Part shown: one piece after another, positions 30,334-39,827 of the stretch
Layout: each line of letters starts with the position of its first letter
Numbering within the stretch: position 1 is the stretch's first letter
NCBI GenBank assembly: GCA_958413985.1
Contig: CATYVZ010000004.1
Coordinates: 9,784-73,783 of the forward strand
DNA length: 64,000 nucleotides
Direction of reading: 5' to 3'
Source of the DNA: an uncultured Bacilli bacterium
Lineage (GTDB): Bacteria; Bacillota_I; Bacilli_A; RF39; UBA660
Notes under the pieces: generated by a model
Databases searched by the model: none
Told to the model about the DNA's origin: nothing
What the model saw: only the letters and a program-made list of their open reading frames with translations
Position numbers and translations under genes: made by a program

Positions 30334-31068
30334 TTATTTCCTCCCTATAATTGCTACTAGTTGTATAACAATAATAATTATAGATATTATTGACATAACA
30401 ATTGTAGCAATAGCTTTACCTCTTTTACGAGTTTTTAAACCTTGTGAAGCAAAATAGAAATTCAAAATATAAACGATTACACCGTAAGCTACACCAACAA
30501 ATGAAATAAGTAATCCAAAGATTGACAACCAGAATCCCCACTCACACATTTTTTCTTGTTTTTTTGTAGTTTCATCTTGGAAACTTTGTGTAAATTGATT
30601 GTTTTGTTGCATTGGTTGACCGTAACTTTGATTATTCATTGGTTGTTGGTTATACCCTTGATTTAATGGTTGACTTGTATTTGGATCAAAATTCATTCCG
30701 TTATTGTTATTCATATTTGTTCCTCCATTATTTAATTTTTCTATTTCTTGAAATAATTTTCCTAATGAATTTCTATAATTCATCGCAGGCATATTAAGAC
30801 TATTTTGCTCAATAGACATATCTCCAAAAGGACCTTTTAACCATGCTTGTATTGTAAGGGTTTGTCCATTTATAGAATAATTAAAATATCTATATCCTTC
30901 TAGCATTACATCTCCTGCTCTATAAAATTGTTCTCCATCTTTATTTTGTGAAGTAAATTTATTTCCTTGTATGTATGCTTGTACTAAATCATTAGCGACA
31001 TTTGGATCACAATTTAATTGAAAAGTATATGTACTTCTTCCTTTGTTCATTTTTCTTATCTCCTCCAT
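30334..31068 (-). CDS. Hypothetical membrane protein: soluble N-domain, Q/N-rich linker, two C-terminal TM helices
   Basis: Tight junction with the downstream lipoprotein gene (no gap). Alternative start at 31050 after GGAGGAG. In frame with the upstream zinc-ribbon mini-ORF across a single TAA. Confidence 0.65.
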   Translation of the reverse strand: MEEIRKMNKGRSTYTFQLNCDPNVANDLVQAYIQGNKFTSQNKDGEQFYRAGDVMLEGYRYFNYSINGQTLTIQAWLKGPFGDMSIEQNSLNMPAMNYRNSLGKLFQEIEKLNNGGTNMNNNNGMNFDPNTSQPLNQGYNQQPMNNQSYGQPMQQNNQFTQSFQDETTKKQEKMCEWGFWLSIFGLLISFVGVAYGVIVYILNFYFASQGLKTRKRGKAIATIVMSIISIIIIVIQLVAIIGRK

Positions 31069-31071
31069 TAT

Positions 31072-31143
31072 TTAGCAATTTCTGCAATTTTGTTCAATGG
31101 GCTCTCCACATTTAGAACATATCTCCCTCCTTCCCTTAATCAT
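31072..31143 (-). CDS. 23-aa zinc-ribbon mini-ORF (MIKGRREICSKCGEPIEQNCRNC), possibly the severed N-terminus of the next gene
   Basis: CxxC-9-CxxC pattern. The stop TAA (31072-31074) is in frame with, and 3 nt before, the ATG at 31068. No SD of its own. Confidence 0.3.
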   Translation of the reverse strand: MIKGRREICSKCGEPIEQNCRNC

Positions 31144-31210
31144 AATACACTATACACTTTTTGTATATTTTCTTATAATAAACCCGATCTACGACAATTC
31201 TATCAACCAT
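31136..31210 (-). CDS. 24-aa mini-ORF (MVDRIVVDRVYYKKIYKKCIVYYD) with a strong SD; candidate leader peptide
   Basis: AAAGGAGGTGA lies 6 nt before the ATG. Its stop overlaps the start of the zinc-ribbon mini-ORF (ATGATTAA). Confidence 0.25.
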   Translation of the reverse strand: MVDRIVVDRVYYKKIYKKCIVYYD

Positions 31211-31331
31211 ACAACTCACCTCCTTTACTTTATTATATAATAACATACTTTTTTTAAAAAAGCCACTTATAATAGAATATTTTTATACAATACGTATATA
31301 ATAAAAATCTATAATAAGTGAGAAAATATAT

Positions 31332-31616
31332 ATGGATGGTGGTCATATGAAATTTGATCCATCAGATGATCGATATATTTATGAGATTGTTAGTAAAAAT
31401 ATTAAATATTTTAGATTACATAACAATAGTAGATATAGTTCATTTGGTAGAATGACACAAGAAAAATTAGCAGAGCTATGTGATTTAAGTCATAGTTTGA
31501 TTAGTAACATTGAGTCTAGCAAAGTACAACAATCGTTTAGTTTGGCGGTTCTTTATCGTATTGCACAAGTACTTGATGTAGATATTAAAGAATTTTTTGT
31601 AAAACGAGATTTTTAA
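31332..31616 (+). CDS. XRE-family helix-turn-helix transcriptional regulator
   Basis: MTQEKLAELCDLSHSLISNIE is a typical HTH_3 motif. Divergent from the envelope operon. Alternative start at 31347. Confidence 0.8.
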   Translation: MDGGHMKFDPSDDRYIYEIVSKNIKYFRLHNNSRYSSFGRMTQEKLAELCDLSHSLISNIESSKVQQSFSLAVLYRIAQVLDVDIKEFFVKRDF

Positions 31617-31748
31617 ATTCTCTTTTTTTATATATAATAAAAGTTGATGAATAACCTAGAAAATAGGTATATCCGTGAGGATAAGATGTCATTATTTGTT
31701 TTGACTTTTGTTTTAAATGTGATATACTTATCATAGAATGGAGTATTT

Positions 31749-32471
31749 ATGATTGAGACACCACATATTAAATGTAATAAAGAAGATATAGCTGAGATTG
31801 TTTTGATGCCAGGCGATCCTTTGCGCGCTAAATTTATTGCTGAAACATATTTAAATGATTATAAATTGGTTAATAATGTTAGAAATATGTTAGCTTATAC
31901 TGGTAGCTATAAGGGTAAAAAAATAACTGTTTTCTCATCTGGTATGGGTTTAGCTAGTATGGGGATATATTGCTATGAACTATACAAGTTTTTTGACGTT
32001 AAATATATTATTCGGATTGGTTCTTGCGGTAGTAATAACCCTAATATCAAATTGTTAGATATTGTCTTGTCTTCATCAAGCTATACCGAAACAAATTTTA
32101 GTTATACTTTTAATAGCGAAAAAATTGCGGAAATCGACGCTAGTCCTTTTTTAAACGATATTATTATTAGAAAAGCAAAATCTAAAAACTTAGATTTAAA
32201 AGTTGGCAAAACAGCTTGCACTTTAGTGTTTGATTCTTATATGCAAGATCAAGAAAGTTATACTAAAAGGTTGCCTAAGGATATAATCGCTAGTGAAATG
32301 GAAGCTTTTGCCTTATTTTATATTGCTAATAAATTAAATAAACAAGCAAGTTGCCTACTTACAGTCTCTGATTCTATATATGAAAATAAAAAAATTTCTG
32401 CGCTTGCAAGACAAAATAGTTTAAAAGAGATGATCGAATTAGCTCTAGATTCTAGTTTGGAGGTTAAATAA
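31749..32471 (+). CDS. deoD: Purine nucleoside phosphorylase, DeoD type
   Basis: GDPLRAKFIAE and SEMEAFALF. Confidence 0.9.
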   Translation: MIETPHIKCNKEDIAEIVLMPGDPLRAKFIAETYLNDYKLVNNVRNMLAYTGSYKGKKITVFSSGMGLASMGIYCYELYKFFDVKYIIRIGSCGSNNPNIKLLDIVLSSSSYTETNFSYTFNSEKIAEIDASPFLNDIIIRKAKSKNLDLKVGKTACTLVFDSYMQDQESYTKRLPKDIIASEMEAFALFYIANKLNKQASCLLTVSDSIYENKKISALARQNSLKEMIELALDSSLEVK

Positions 32472-32842
32472 TGGAATTGATGGATAAAGCGATTGAAGCT
32501 AAAAAGAATTCTTATAGCCCCTACTCTAATTTTAAAGTTGGTGCGGCTTTATTAACTGCTGATAATCAAGTATATACAGGATGTAATATAGAAAGTGTAT
32601 CTTATACACCTACTTGTTGTGCTGAGAGAACAGCGTTTTTTAAAGCGATAAGTGATGGTAAAAAAGATTTTAAAGCTATTGCTATTACTGGCGATAGTAC
32701 TTTTTGTTATCCTTGTGGCGTCTGTCGCCAAGTTATGAGTGAGTTTTGTGATGCAAATTTTAAAATCTATGTCGGTAACGAAAAAGAATATAAAGAGTAT
32801 ACATTAGAAGAATTGCTACCACATTCTTTTGATATGGAGTGA
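32471..32842 (+). CDS. cdd: Cytidine deaminase
   Basis: CAERTA and PCGVCRQ zinc ligand motifs. Confidence 0.93.
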   Translation: MELMDKAIEAKKNSYSPYSNFKVGAALLTADNQVYTGCNIESVSYTPTCCAERTAFFKAISDGKKDFKAIAITGDSTFCYPCGVCRQVMSEFCDANFKIYVGNEKEYKEYTLEELLPHSFDME

Positions 32843-32847
32843 TCTTT

Positions 32848-34122
32848 ATGACTATGTATGATATTATCGAAAAAAAGAAAAATAAATTAGCTTTAACTAA
32901 AGAAGAAATTTCTTTTTTTGTAAATGGTTATGTTAATAATGAAATACCAGATTATCAAGTTTCTAGTTTACTTATGGCCATCGTTTTAAACGGCATGAAT
33001 AACGAGGAAGTTACAGAATTAACTTTAGCTATGGCTAATTCAGGCCAACGTTTAAATTTTCCTTTTTTGACTGTCGATAAACATTCAACAGGTGGTGTTG
33101 GTGATAAGACAACTTTAATCATTGCTCCGATAGTAGCAAGTCTTAATTGCAAAGTAGCTAAGATGAGTGGCAAGGGATTAGGATATACCGGTGGAACTAT
33201 CGATAAATTAGAGTCTATTCCTAATTTCAACACACAGTTAGATGAAGAAACTTTTATTCGTCAAGTTAAAGAAATTAATTTGGCCATCGTTAGCCAAACA
33301 AAGAATATTGCTCCAGCCGATAAGAAACTTTATGCTTTAAGGGATGTCACTGCCACAGTAGAAAGTATTCCCTTGATTGCTTCTAGTATTATGAGCAAAA
33401 AAATAGCTAGTGGGGCGACTAATCTGGTTTTAGATGTCAAAGTTGGATCAGGAGCCTTTATGAAAGAAATATCTCAAGCTAGAAAGTTAGCTAAGACCAT
33501 GGTTGAGATTGGCGCTAGAACCAATATCAATGTTATAGCTGTTTTATCGAATATGAATCAACCTTTGGGGAAAAATATCGGGAATGTGTTAGAAATACAA
33601 GAAGTGATAGATACTTTAAGCGGTAAAGGTCCAAAAGATTTAAAAGAGTTAGCGGTAACTTTAGCTAGTCATATGGTCAGTATCGATCAAAACATTCCTT
33701 ATAAAGAAGCTATAAAAAAGGTGATAACAGTTTTAGAGAGTGGTCAAGCTTTGTCTAAATTTTATGAGATGGTTAAATATCAAAACGGCGAAATTGACCA
33801 AATGACCAACAAATCTAAATATCAGTATAAAGTTTTAGCTCGAAAAGAAGGCTATATAACTAGAATGGATACCGAATTAATTGGCAAGATAAGTTGTCTA
33901 TTAGGAGCTGGTCGCATAAATAAAGATGATCCGATCGATTATAGTGCTGGAATCATTGTGAACAAAAAAATTAACGATTATGTTTTAAAGGATGAACTAT
34001 TAGCTACTTTATATACCAATAAAAAAATAGATTTAAAAGACAAGTATCTAGAAGCATTAACCATTTCAAAAAGTAAAGTTAAGTCTAAGCTAATATTGGA
34101 GGTTATAAAGTGCAAGAATTAG
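32848..34122 (+). CDS. pdp: Pyrimidine-nucleoside phosphorylase
   Basis: DKHSTGGVGDKTT. The ATG at 32848 is 8 nt after GGAG. Confidence 0.92.
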   Translation: MTMYDIIEKKKNKLALTKEEISFFVNGYVNNEIPDYQVSSLLMAIVLNGMNNEEVTELTLAMANSGQRLNFPFLTVDKHSTGGVGDKTTLIIAPIVASLNCKVAKMSGKGLGYTGGTIDKLESIPNFNTQLDEETFIRQVKEINLAIVSQTKNIAPADKKLYALRDVTATVESIPLIASSIMSKKIASGATNLVLDVKVGSGAFMKEISQARKLAKTMVEIGARTNINVIAVLSNMNQPLGKNIGNVLEIQEVIDTLSGKGPKDLKELAVTLASHMVSIDQNIPYKEAIKKVITVLESGQALSKFYEMVKYQNGEIDQMTNKSKYQYKVLARKEGYITRMDTELIGKISCLLGAGRINKDDPIDYSAGIIVNKKINDYVLKDELLATLYTNKKIDLKDKYLEALTISKSKVKSKLILEVIKCKN

Positions 34123-34574
34123 TTAATATGTTGATAAACAAAAATAAAACAATCGCCACAATGGAATCTTGTACTGGTGGAGGTTTTGTAAATGAAATTA
34201 CCAATGTACCTGATTCTAGTAAAGTTATCAAATTTAGTGCAGTTACTTATTCGAATGAATTTAAGATAAAAATGGGCGTAGATCCACTAATAATCGATAA
34301 GTATACTGTATATAGTATTCAAACTGCTAAAGAGATGAGCAAAGCGATAGTTAATTATACTAATGCTGATTACGGAATAGGAATAACTGGCAAAATGAAT
34401 AAACCAGATCAAAACAATATCGGTGGATCTGACAACTTGGTTTATGTTAGTATTTATGATCAAGCTAAAGATAGCTATTATACTTTAACTATCGAAGTTT
34501 TAAAACAACCAAGAAAAGAAAACAAACAACTAGTAGTTAGCAAAATATGTGAATTTTTAAAAAATATTGTATAA
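34110..34574 (+). CDS. pncC: CinA C-terminal domain / nicotinamide-nucleotide amidohydrolase PncC
   Basis: MESCTGG motif. GTG start 7 nt after GGAGG. Confidence 0.82.
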   Translation: MQELVNMLINKNKTIATMESCTGGGFVNEITNVPDSSKVIKFSAVTYSNEFKIKMGVDPLIIDKYTVYSIQTAKEMSKAIVNYTNADYGIGITGKMNKPDQNNIGGSDNLVYVSIYDQAKDSYYTLTIEVLKQPRKENKQLVVSKICEFLKNIV

Positions 34575-34613
34575 AAAAAATTTATTATAACCAATATTTA
34601 ATAGGTGAACAAA

Positions 34614-35132
34614 ATGAAAAAATTAATATTGGTTATTGGGCTAGTATTAGGTATATATTTTACGATTGGTCATGTCAGCAGTTTAGTTATTCCGCCTGAT
34701 GCTTTAAGAATTAGGGTTATAGCTAATAGTGATAGCGATTATGATCAGCAAATAAAAGAAATTGTCAAAGACAATATTCAATATAAGATGTATGAACTTT
34801 TAAAAAATACTAGGGGAGTTGAAGAAGCTAGAAAAATTATCAACAGCAATCTTACTTCCATTGATGAAGAAGTACGTATAACTTTGATGCAGTTAAATTA
34901 TGAGTTGGGGTATGATATTAATTTTGGATTAAATTACTTTCCAAGCAAAGAATATAAAGGAATTACTTATGAAGAAGGATACTATGAGTCTTTAGTGATA
35001 ACTTTAGGTGAGGGCAAAGGCGAAAATTGGTGGTGTGTTTTATTCCCCCCATTATGCTTGATCGAAGCAGAAGAAAGTGATGAAATCGAGTATTCATCGT
35101 TTGTTAAAGAGTTATTAGAAAAGTATCTATAA
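34614..35132 (+). CDS. spoIIR: Stage II sporulation protein R
   Basis: LRIRVIANSDSDYDQ and NWWCVLFPPLC signatures; signal anchor. The ATG at 34614 follows AGGTGA. Confidence 0.8.
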   Translation: MKKLILVIGLVLGIYFTIGHVSSLVIPPDALRIRVIANSDSDYDQQIKEIVKDNIQYKMYELLKNTRGVEEARKIINSNLTSIDEEVRITLMQLNYELGYDINFGLNYFPSKEYKGITYEEGYYESLVITLGEGKGENWWCVLFPPLCLIEAEESDEIEYSSFVKELLEKYL

Positions 35133-35180
35133 CTCTTTTATTTTAAATTATTTTATTATATAATTGATATGGTGATATAT

Positions 35181-36509
35181 ATGGATAAGGTATATAATGA
35201 ATTGTTAAACAAACTTAAGATAAAATATGGTGACGCTGTTGTCGTCGGTGTTTCTGGTGGACCTGATTCAATGGCCTTATTACATATACTATTAAGATTA
35301 AAAAAAGCTTTAGATCTTCAATTAATCGTCGCCCATGTCAATCATAATACTGGTCGTGTTGGTCAAAAATCAGAGCAAGAATTTGTTGCCGATTATTGCA
35401 AAAAAAACGGCATTACTTTTGAGACTATGTTAATTGCTTCCTATGGTGATGATAATTTCCACAATGAAGCTAGAAGTATCCGCTATAATTATTTTTCCAA
35501 ATTAGCTAAAAAATACGATGCTAAATACATTTTTACAGCTCATCATGCCGATGATTTAATCGAAACTATTTTGATGCGAATTGTAAGAGGATCGACATTA
35601 AGAGGATACAGTGGCTTTTCTCAAATCGTTAAAATGAATGGTTATTATATTGTTAGACCTTTAATTCATGTTACAAAAGATGAAATCTATCGCTATTTAG
35701 AACGAAATAATATTAAATATATGATCGATCAGTCAAATACAAAAGATGTTTATACGAGAAATAGATTTCGAAAATATATTGTTCCTACTTTTAAAAAAGA
35801 AGACCCTATGGTTCATGAAAAATTTTATAAATTTAGTAAAACTTTATTAGAATATAATGATTATATTGATAAACAAGTAAATAAAATTTATAAAAAAGTA
35901 TGTCCTGATAATATTTTAAATATTACAGAATTTTTAAAACAGGAACCTTTAATTCAAACCAAAATAATCTATTCTATGTTAGAAAAAATCTATCAAGATG
36001 ATTTGATGTTATTGACAGATAAACATTGTGAAATTATTCATAATTTAATATTGTCTAAAAAAGCTAATGCGACTTTGCATTTACCGAATAATATTCAGGC
36101 GATCAAATCATATAATACTTTAGAGTTATCAAAAATAAATTTTAAAGATAACATCTATGAAATTCAAATCGAAGAATATTTAAATTTACCTAACGGCAAA
36201 AACATTGAAATAGTTAAAACTAGTAAAATAGATGATAATAATATTTGCAGGTTAGATTCTACTAGCATCAAACCACCATTATATGTTAGAAATAGACATG
36301 ATGGCGATAAAATGACTGTTAAAGGAATGTTAGGCCGAAAAAAAATATCTGATATATTTATCGAATGCAAAGTACCTAGTCAACAACGCGATCTATGGCC
36401 GATTGTATGTGATGCAGATGATAATATAGTTTGGGTTCCAGGATTAAAAAAATCAAAATTTTGTAAAGAAAAAACAGAAAAGTATGATATAATACTTAAG
36501 TACTACTAA
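35181..36509 (+). CDS. tilS: tRNA(Ile)-lysidine synthase
   Basis: PP-loop VGVSGGPDSMAL. Synteny upstream of ftsH. Confidence 0.9.
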   Translation: MDKVYNELLNKLKIKYGDAVVVGVSGGPDSMALLHILLRLKKALDLQLIVAHVNHNTGRVGQKSEQEFVADYCKKNGITFETMLIASYGDDNFHNEARSIRYNYFSKLAKKYDAKYIFTAHHADDLIETILMRIVRGSTLRGYSGFSQIVKMNGYYIVRPLIHVTKDEIYRYLERNNIKYMIDQSNTKDVYTRNRFRKYIVPTFKKEDPMVHEKFYKFSKTLLEYNDYIDKQVNKIYKKVCPDNILNITEFLKQEPLIQTKIIYSMLEKIYQDDLMLLTDKHCEIIHNLILSKKANATLHLPNNIQAIKSYNTLELSKINFKDNIYEIQIEEYLNLPNGKNIEIVKTSKIDDNNICRLDSTSIKPPLYVRNRHDGDKMTVKGMLGRKKISDIFIECKVPSQQRDLWPIVCDADDNIVWVPGLKKSKFCKEKTEKYDIILKYY

Positions 36510-36523
36510 AAGAGGAGGTTTTT

Positions 36524-38479
36524 ATGAATAAAAAAGAAATAAGAAAAAGTTTAATTCCTTATTTGTTATTGTTTATTGTGATGATCGGAATATTTTATTT
36601 TTTTACCGTTTCTAACCGCAAAGTAAATCAATTTACATATGATCAATTTGTCGAACATATGGATAATGACGAAATTAAAGAAATAGTGATCGTTCCTAGA
36701 AGCAATGCAGGTGTTTATGAAATAGAAGGAAAATTAAATAGTTATGGTGAGAATGAAACATTCTATTTAAAAGTACCTTTATCAAATGAAATAATAGCTA
36801 AAATATTACAAGCTGAAGAAAACTATGATTTTGAGATCAAGACTAACTCTGATCCAGATTCTAGTACATTTTGGTTATTTGTTTTAAATGTATTACCAAT
36901 ACTATTATTGTTAGGAGCAGGATTTTACTTTGTAACTAAACAGATGGGTTCCGCTAATAAATCGATGGATTTTGGTCGCAGTCGTGCCCGTTTAAATGAA
37001 CAAAATAATAAAGTAACATTTAAGGATGTTGCTGGTCTTGATGAAGAAAAAGAAGAAGTAGCTGAGTTGATCGACTTCTTAAAAAGTCCAGCTCGTTTTC
37101 AAAAGTTAGGAGCTAGAATTCCGAAAGGAGTTTTACTTGTCGGTCCACCGGGAACTGGTAAAACTTTACTAGCTAGAGCTGTGGCAGGTGAAGCTAATGT
37201 TCCATTTTATTATATAAGTGGTTCAGAATTTGTAGAATTGTTTGTCGGTGTCGGAGCTTCGCGAGTTAGAGATATGTTCAAACAAGCTAAACATAACGCT
37301 CCATGTTTGATCTTTATCGATGAAATCGATGCTGTTGGCCGCCAAAGAGGAGCCGGTTTAGGTGGTGGTCATGACGAAAGAGAACAAACATTAAACCAAT
37401 TATTGACAGAAATGGATGGTTTTGGAGCAAATGAAGGAATTATCATTATCGCTGCTACCAACCGACCTGATGTATTAGACCCAGCACTTTTAAGACCTGG
37501 TAGATTTGATCGCCAAGTTCAAGTTAATTTACCAGATGCAAAAGGACGAGAAGAAATTTTAAAAGTTCATGCTCGTGGTAAAATTTTTGCTAAAGGAGTT
37601 TCACTTAAAAACATTTCATCGCGAACTGTTGGCTTTAGTGGCGCAGATTTAGAAAATTTACTTAACGAAGCAGCTTTACTTGCTGTTAGAAGAAATAAGG
37701 AAAGTATTACTATGGCCGAAATTGACGAGGCTCACGATCGTGTATTGATGGGACCAGCTAAAAAGTCGAAAAAATATACTGATAACGACAAGAAGTTGGT
37801 TGCTTATCACGAGGCCGGTCATGCTGTTTTAGGCATAAAATTAGATGGTGCAAACGACGTTCAGAAAATAACAATTATTCCTCGTGGTTATGCTGGTGGT
37901 TATACGATGATGCTTCCTAAAGAGGAACGATTCACTGCAACTAAACAGGAATTATTGGAACGAATTACTGGATTACTAGGTGGTCGTGTTGCCGAAGAAT
38001 TAGTATTCGGGGAAATAACGACTGGTGCTCATAATGACTTTGAACAAGCTACTAAAATTGTTAGAGCTATGGTTACTGAGTATGGTATGAGTAGTTTAGG
38101 GCCACTTCAATTAGAACAGAATGAAGGTAGTGTCTTTTTAGGACGCGACTACAATAAATCACGTAATTTCTCTAGCCAAGTTGCTTATGAAATTGACCAA
38201 GAGATGCGTAAAATAATCGATGAGTGCTACAAGAAAGCACAAAAAATAATTAAAGAAAATAGAGATCTATTGGATTTGATTGCTGATACTTTGATTAGTA
38301 AGGAAACTTTAACCAAAGAAGAAATTGACTATTTAGTAGAACATAAGTGTTTACCAGATGAAGAAAAAGAATTAACTTTAGAAGAATTAAAAAATATAGC
38401 TAAAGAAAAGAAAATAAAAGGTTATACTAAAATGACAAAAGAAGAACTACAAGAAGCAATTAATACATCTGAAGATTAA
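36524..38479 (+). CDS. ftsH: ATP-dependent zinc metalloprotease FtsH
   Basis: GPPGTGKT, second region of homology, HEAGHA. Confidence 0.97.
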   Translation: MNKKEIRKSLIPYLLLFIVMIGIFYFFTVSNRKVNQFTYDQFVEHMDNDEIKEIVIVPRSNAGVYEIEGKLNSYGENETFYLKVPLSNEIIAKILQAEENYDFEIKTNSDPDSSTFWLFVLNVLPILLLLGAGFYFVTKQMGSANKSMDFGRSRARLNEQNNKVTFKDVAGLDEEKEEVAELIDFLKSPARFQKLGARIPKGVLLVGPPGTGKTLLARAVAGEANVPFYYISGSEFVELFVGVGASRVRDMFKQAKHNAPCLIFIDEIDAVGRQRGAGLGGGHDEREQTLNQLLTEMDGFGANEGIIIIAATNRPDVLDPALLRPGRFDRQVQVNLPDAKGREEILKVHARGKIFAKGVSLKNISSRTVGFSGADLENLLNEAALLAVRRNKESITMAEIDEAHDRVLMGPAKKSKKYTDNDKKLVAYHEAGHAVLGIKLDGANDVQKITIIPRGYAGGYTMMLPKEERFTATKQELLERITGLLGGRVAEELVFGEITTGAHNDFEQATKIVRAMVTEYGMSSLGPLQLEQNEGSVFLGRDYNKSRNFSSQVAYEIDQEMRKIIDECYKKAQKIIKENRDLLDLIADTLISKETLTKEEIDYLVEHKCLPDEEKELTLEELKNIAKEKKIKGYTKMTKEELQEAINTSED

Positions 38480-38488
38480 TCTGGTTTT

Positions 38489-38516
38489 GACAATCAACTT
38501 TTGTTGATTGTCTTTT
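38489..38516 (+). terminator. Rho-independent terminator after ftsH
   Basis: Perfect 10-bp stem GACAATCAAC-tttt-GTTGATTGTC followed by TTTT. Confidence 0.8.
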
Positions 38517-38540
38517 GTTATAAATAGAAAGGGAAATATA

Positions 38541-39722
38541 ATGCGACGGATAATTTTTTATTATATTTTGTTATTTACAGTAGCGGTTTCACAAACTTTT
38601 TCCGGTAATTTTATTTTTAATAATAGTTCAGATACTAACGTAGATTTAGCTGTTAAAAATATGACATTAGAAGAAAAAATCGGTCAAATGATTATGATAT
38701 CTATTGATTATTCAGTTTTTAATGATCAAATAAATGAACAACTAGATAGTATTAAACCTGGTGGTGTGCTTTTGTATCAGCCTAATTTTGTCAATGAACA
38801 ACAATTAAAGACATTGATAGATGATTTGCAAGACAACGTGACTGTGCCACTTTTTATTGCCGTCGATGAAGAAGGGGGCAGAGTAGAAAGATTTAGTGCG
38901 ATTGAAAATTCACCACTAGGACAATTACCTAGTATGTTAGAACTTGGAAATACTTTGGATCCACAATTATCTTATTCTGTTGGTCAGGCTATGGCTTCAG
39001 AACTTTCCTATTATGGAATAAATGTTAATTTTGCGCCAGTTTTAGATATCTATTCTAATCCAAATAATACAGTAATTGGAAATCGTGCTTTTGGAACTGA
39101 TAGTTCACAAGTCATCAAAATGGCGTTACCATTAGCTAGAGGTTTAAAAAGTAATGGGGTAATTTCTGTGGCTAAACATTTTCCTGGTCATGGCGATACT
39201 GATGAAGATAGTCACTCCGAACTACCTATTGTAAGAAAGAGTTTAACCGAATTAAAAGAATTAGAATTAAAACCGTTTCAAGCGGCAATCGACGATGGAA
39301 TAGATGCTATTATGCTAGCGCATATTGCTTATCCTGAAATCACAGGTTCACTTTTACCAGCTACTTTATCTAATGTGATGATAACTGATATTTTAAGAGA
39401 AGACATGAATTTTGATGGCGTTATTTTTAGTGATTCAATTATCATGCGATCTTTATCTAAAAACTATACGATGTCTGAAATTGCAGTTTTAGGGGTTAAT
39501 GCAGGAATAGATGTTTTTATTGTCCAAAATAAAGGCTTAGAATTATTTAATGCTATAAAAACCGGTGTTGAAACAGGACAAATCGATGAAGATACGATCG
39601 ATGCTGCTGTCAAAAGAATATTAAAATTAAAATATGAATATAAGCTTTTTGAAGAAAAAGAACCATTAGTAATCGATCATGAAGCAAATAGAAAAATCTT
39701 TGAAAAAATTAGGGTTTCTTAA
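38541..39722 (+). CDS. nagZ: Secreted beta-N-acetylhexosaminidase (GH3, NagZ-like)
   Basis: KHFPGHGDTDEDSH; signal peptide. The track start 38508 lies inside the ftsH terminator, so the ATG at 38541 is preferred. Confidence 0.85.
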   Translation: MRRIIFYYILLFTVAVSQTFSGNFIFNNSSDTNVDLAVKNMTLEEKIGQMIMISIDYSVFNDQINEQLDSIKPGGVLLYQPNFVNEQQLKTLIDDLQDNVTVPLFIAVDEEGGRVERFSAIENSPLGQLPSMLELGNTLDPQLSYSVGQAMASELSYYGINVNFAPVLDIYSNPNNTVIGNRAFGTDSSQVIKMALPLARGLKSNGVISVAKHFPGHGDTDEDSHSELPIVRKSLTELKELELKPFQAAIDDGIDAIMLAHIAYPEITGSLLPATLSNVMITDILREDMNFDGVIFSDSIIMRSLSKNYTMSEIAVLGVNAGIDVFIVQNKGLELFNAIKTGVETGQIDEDTIDAAVKRILKLKYEYKLFEEKEPLVIDHEANRKIFEKIRVS

Positions 39723-39827
39723 AGTCTTTAAATATTCAAATGATGATTTTTTCTATTTTTGATGTTATTTACTATCTAATTATTCCAAAATATGATAAAA
39801 TAGTATTTGTAGAAAAATGGTGATGTT

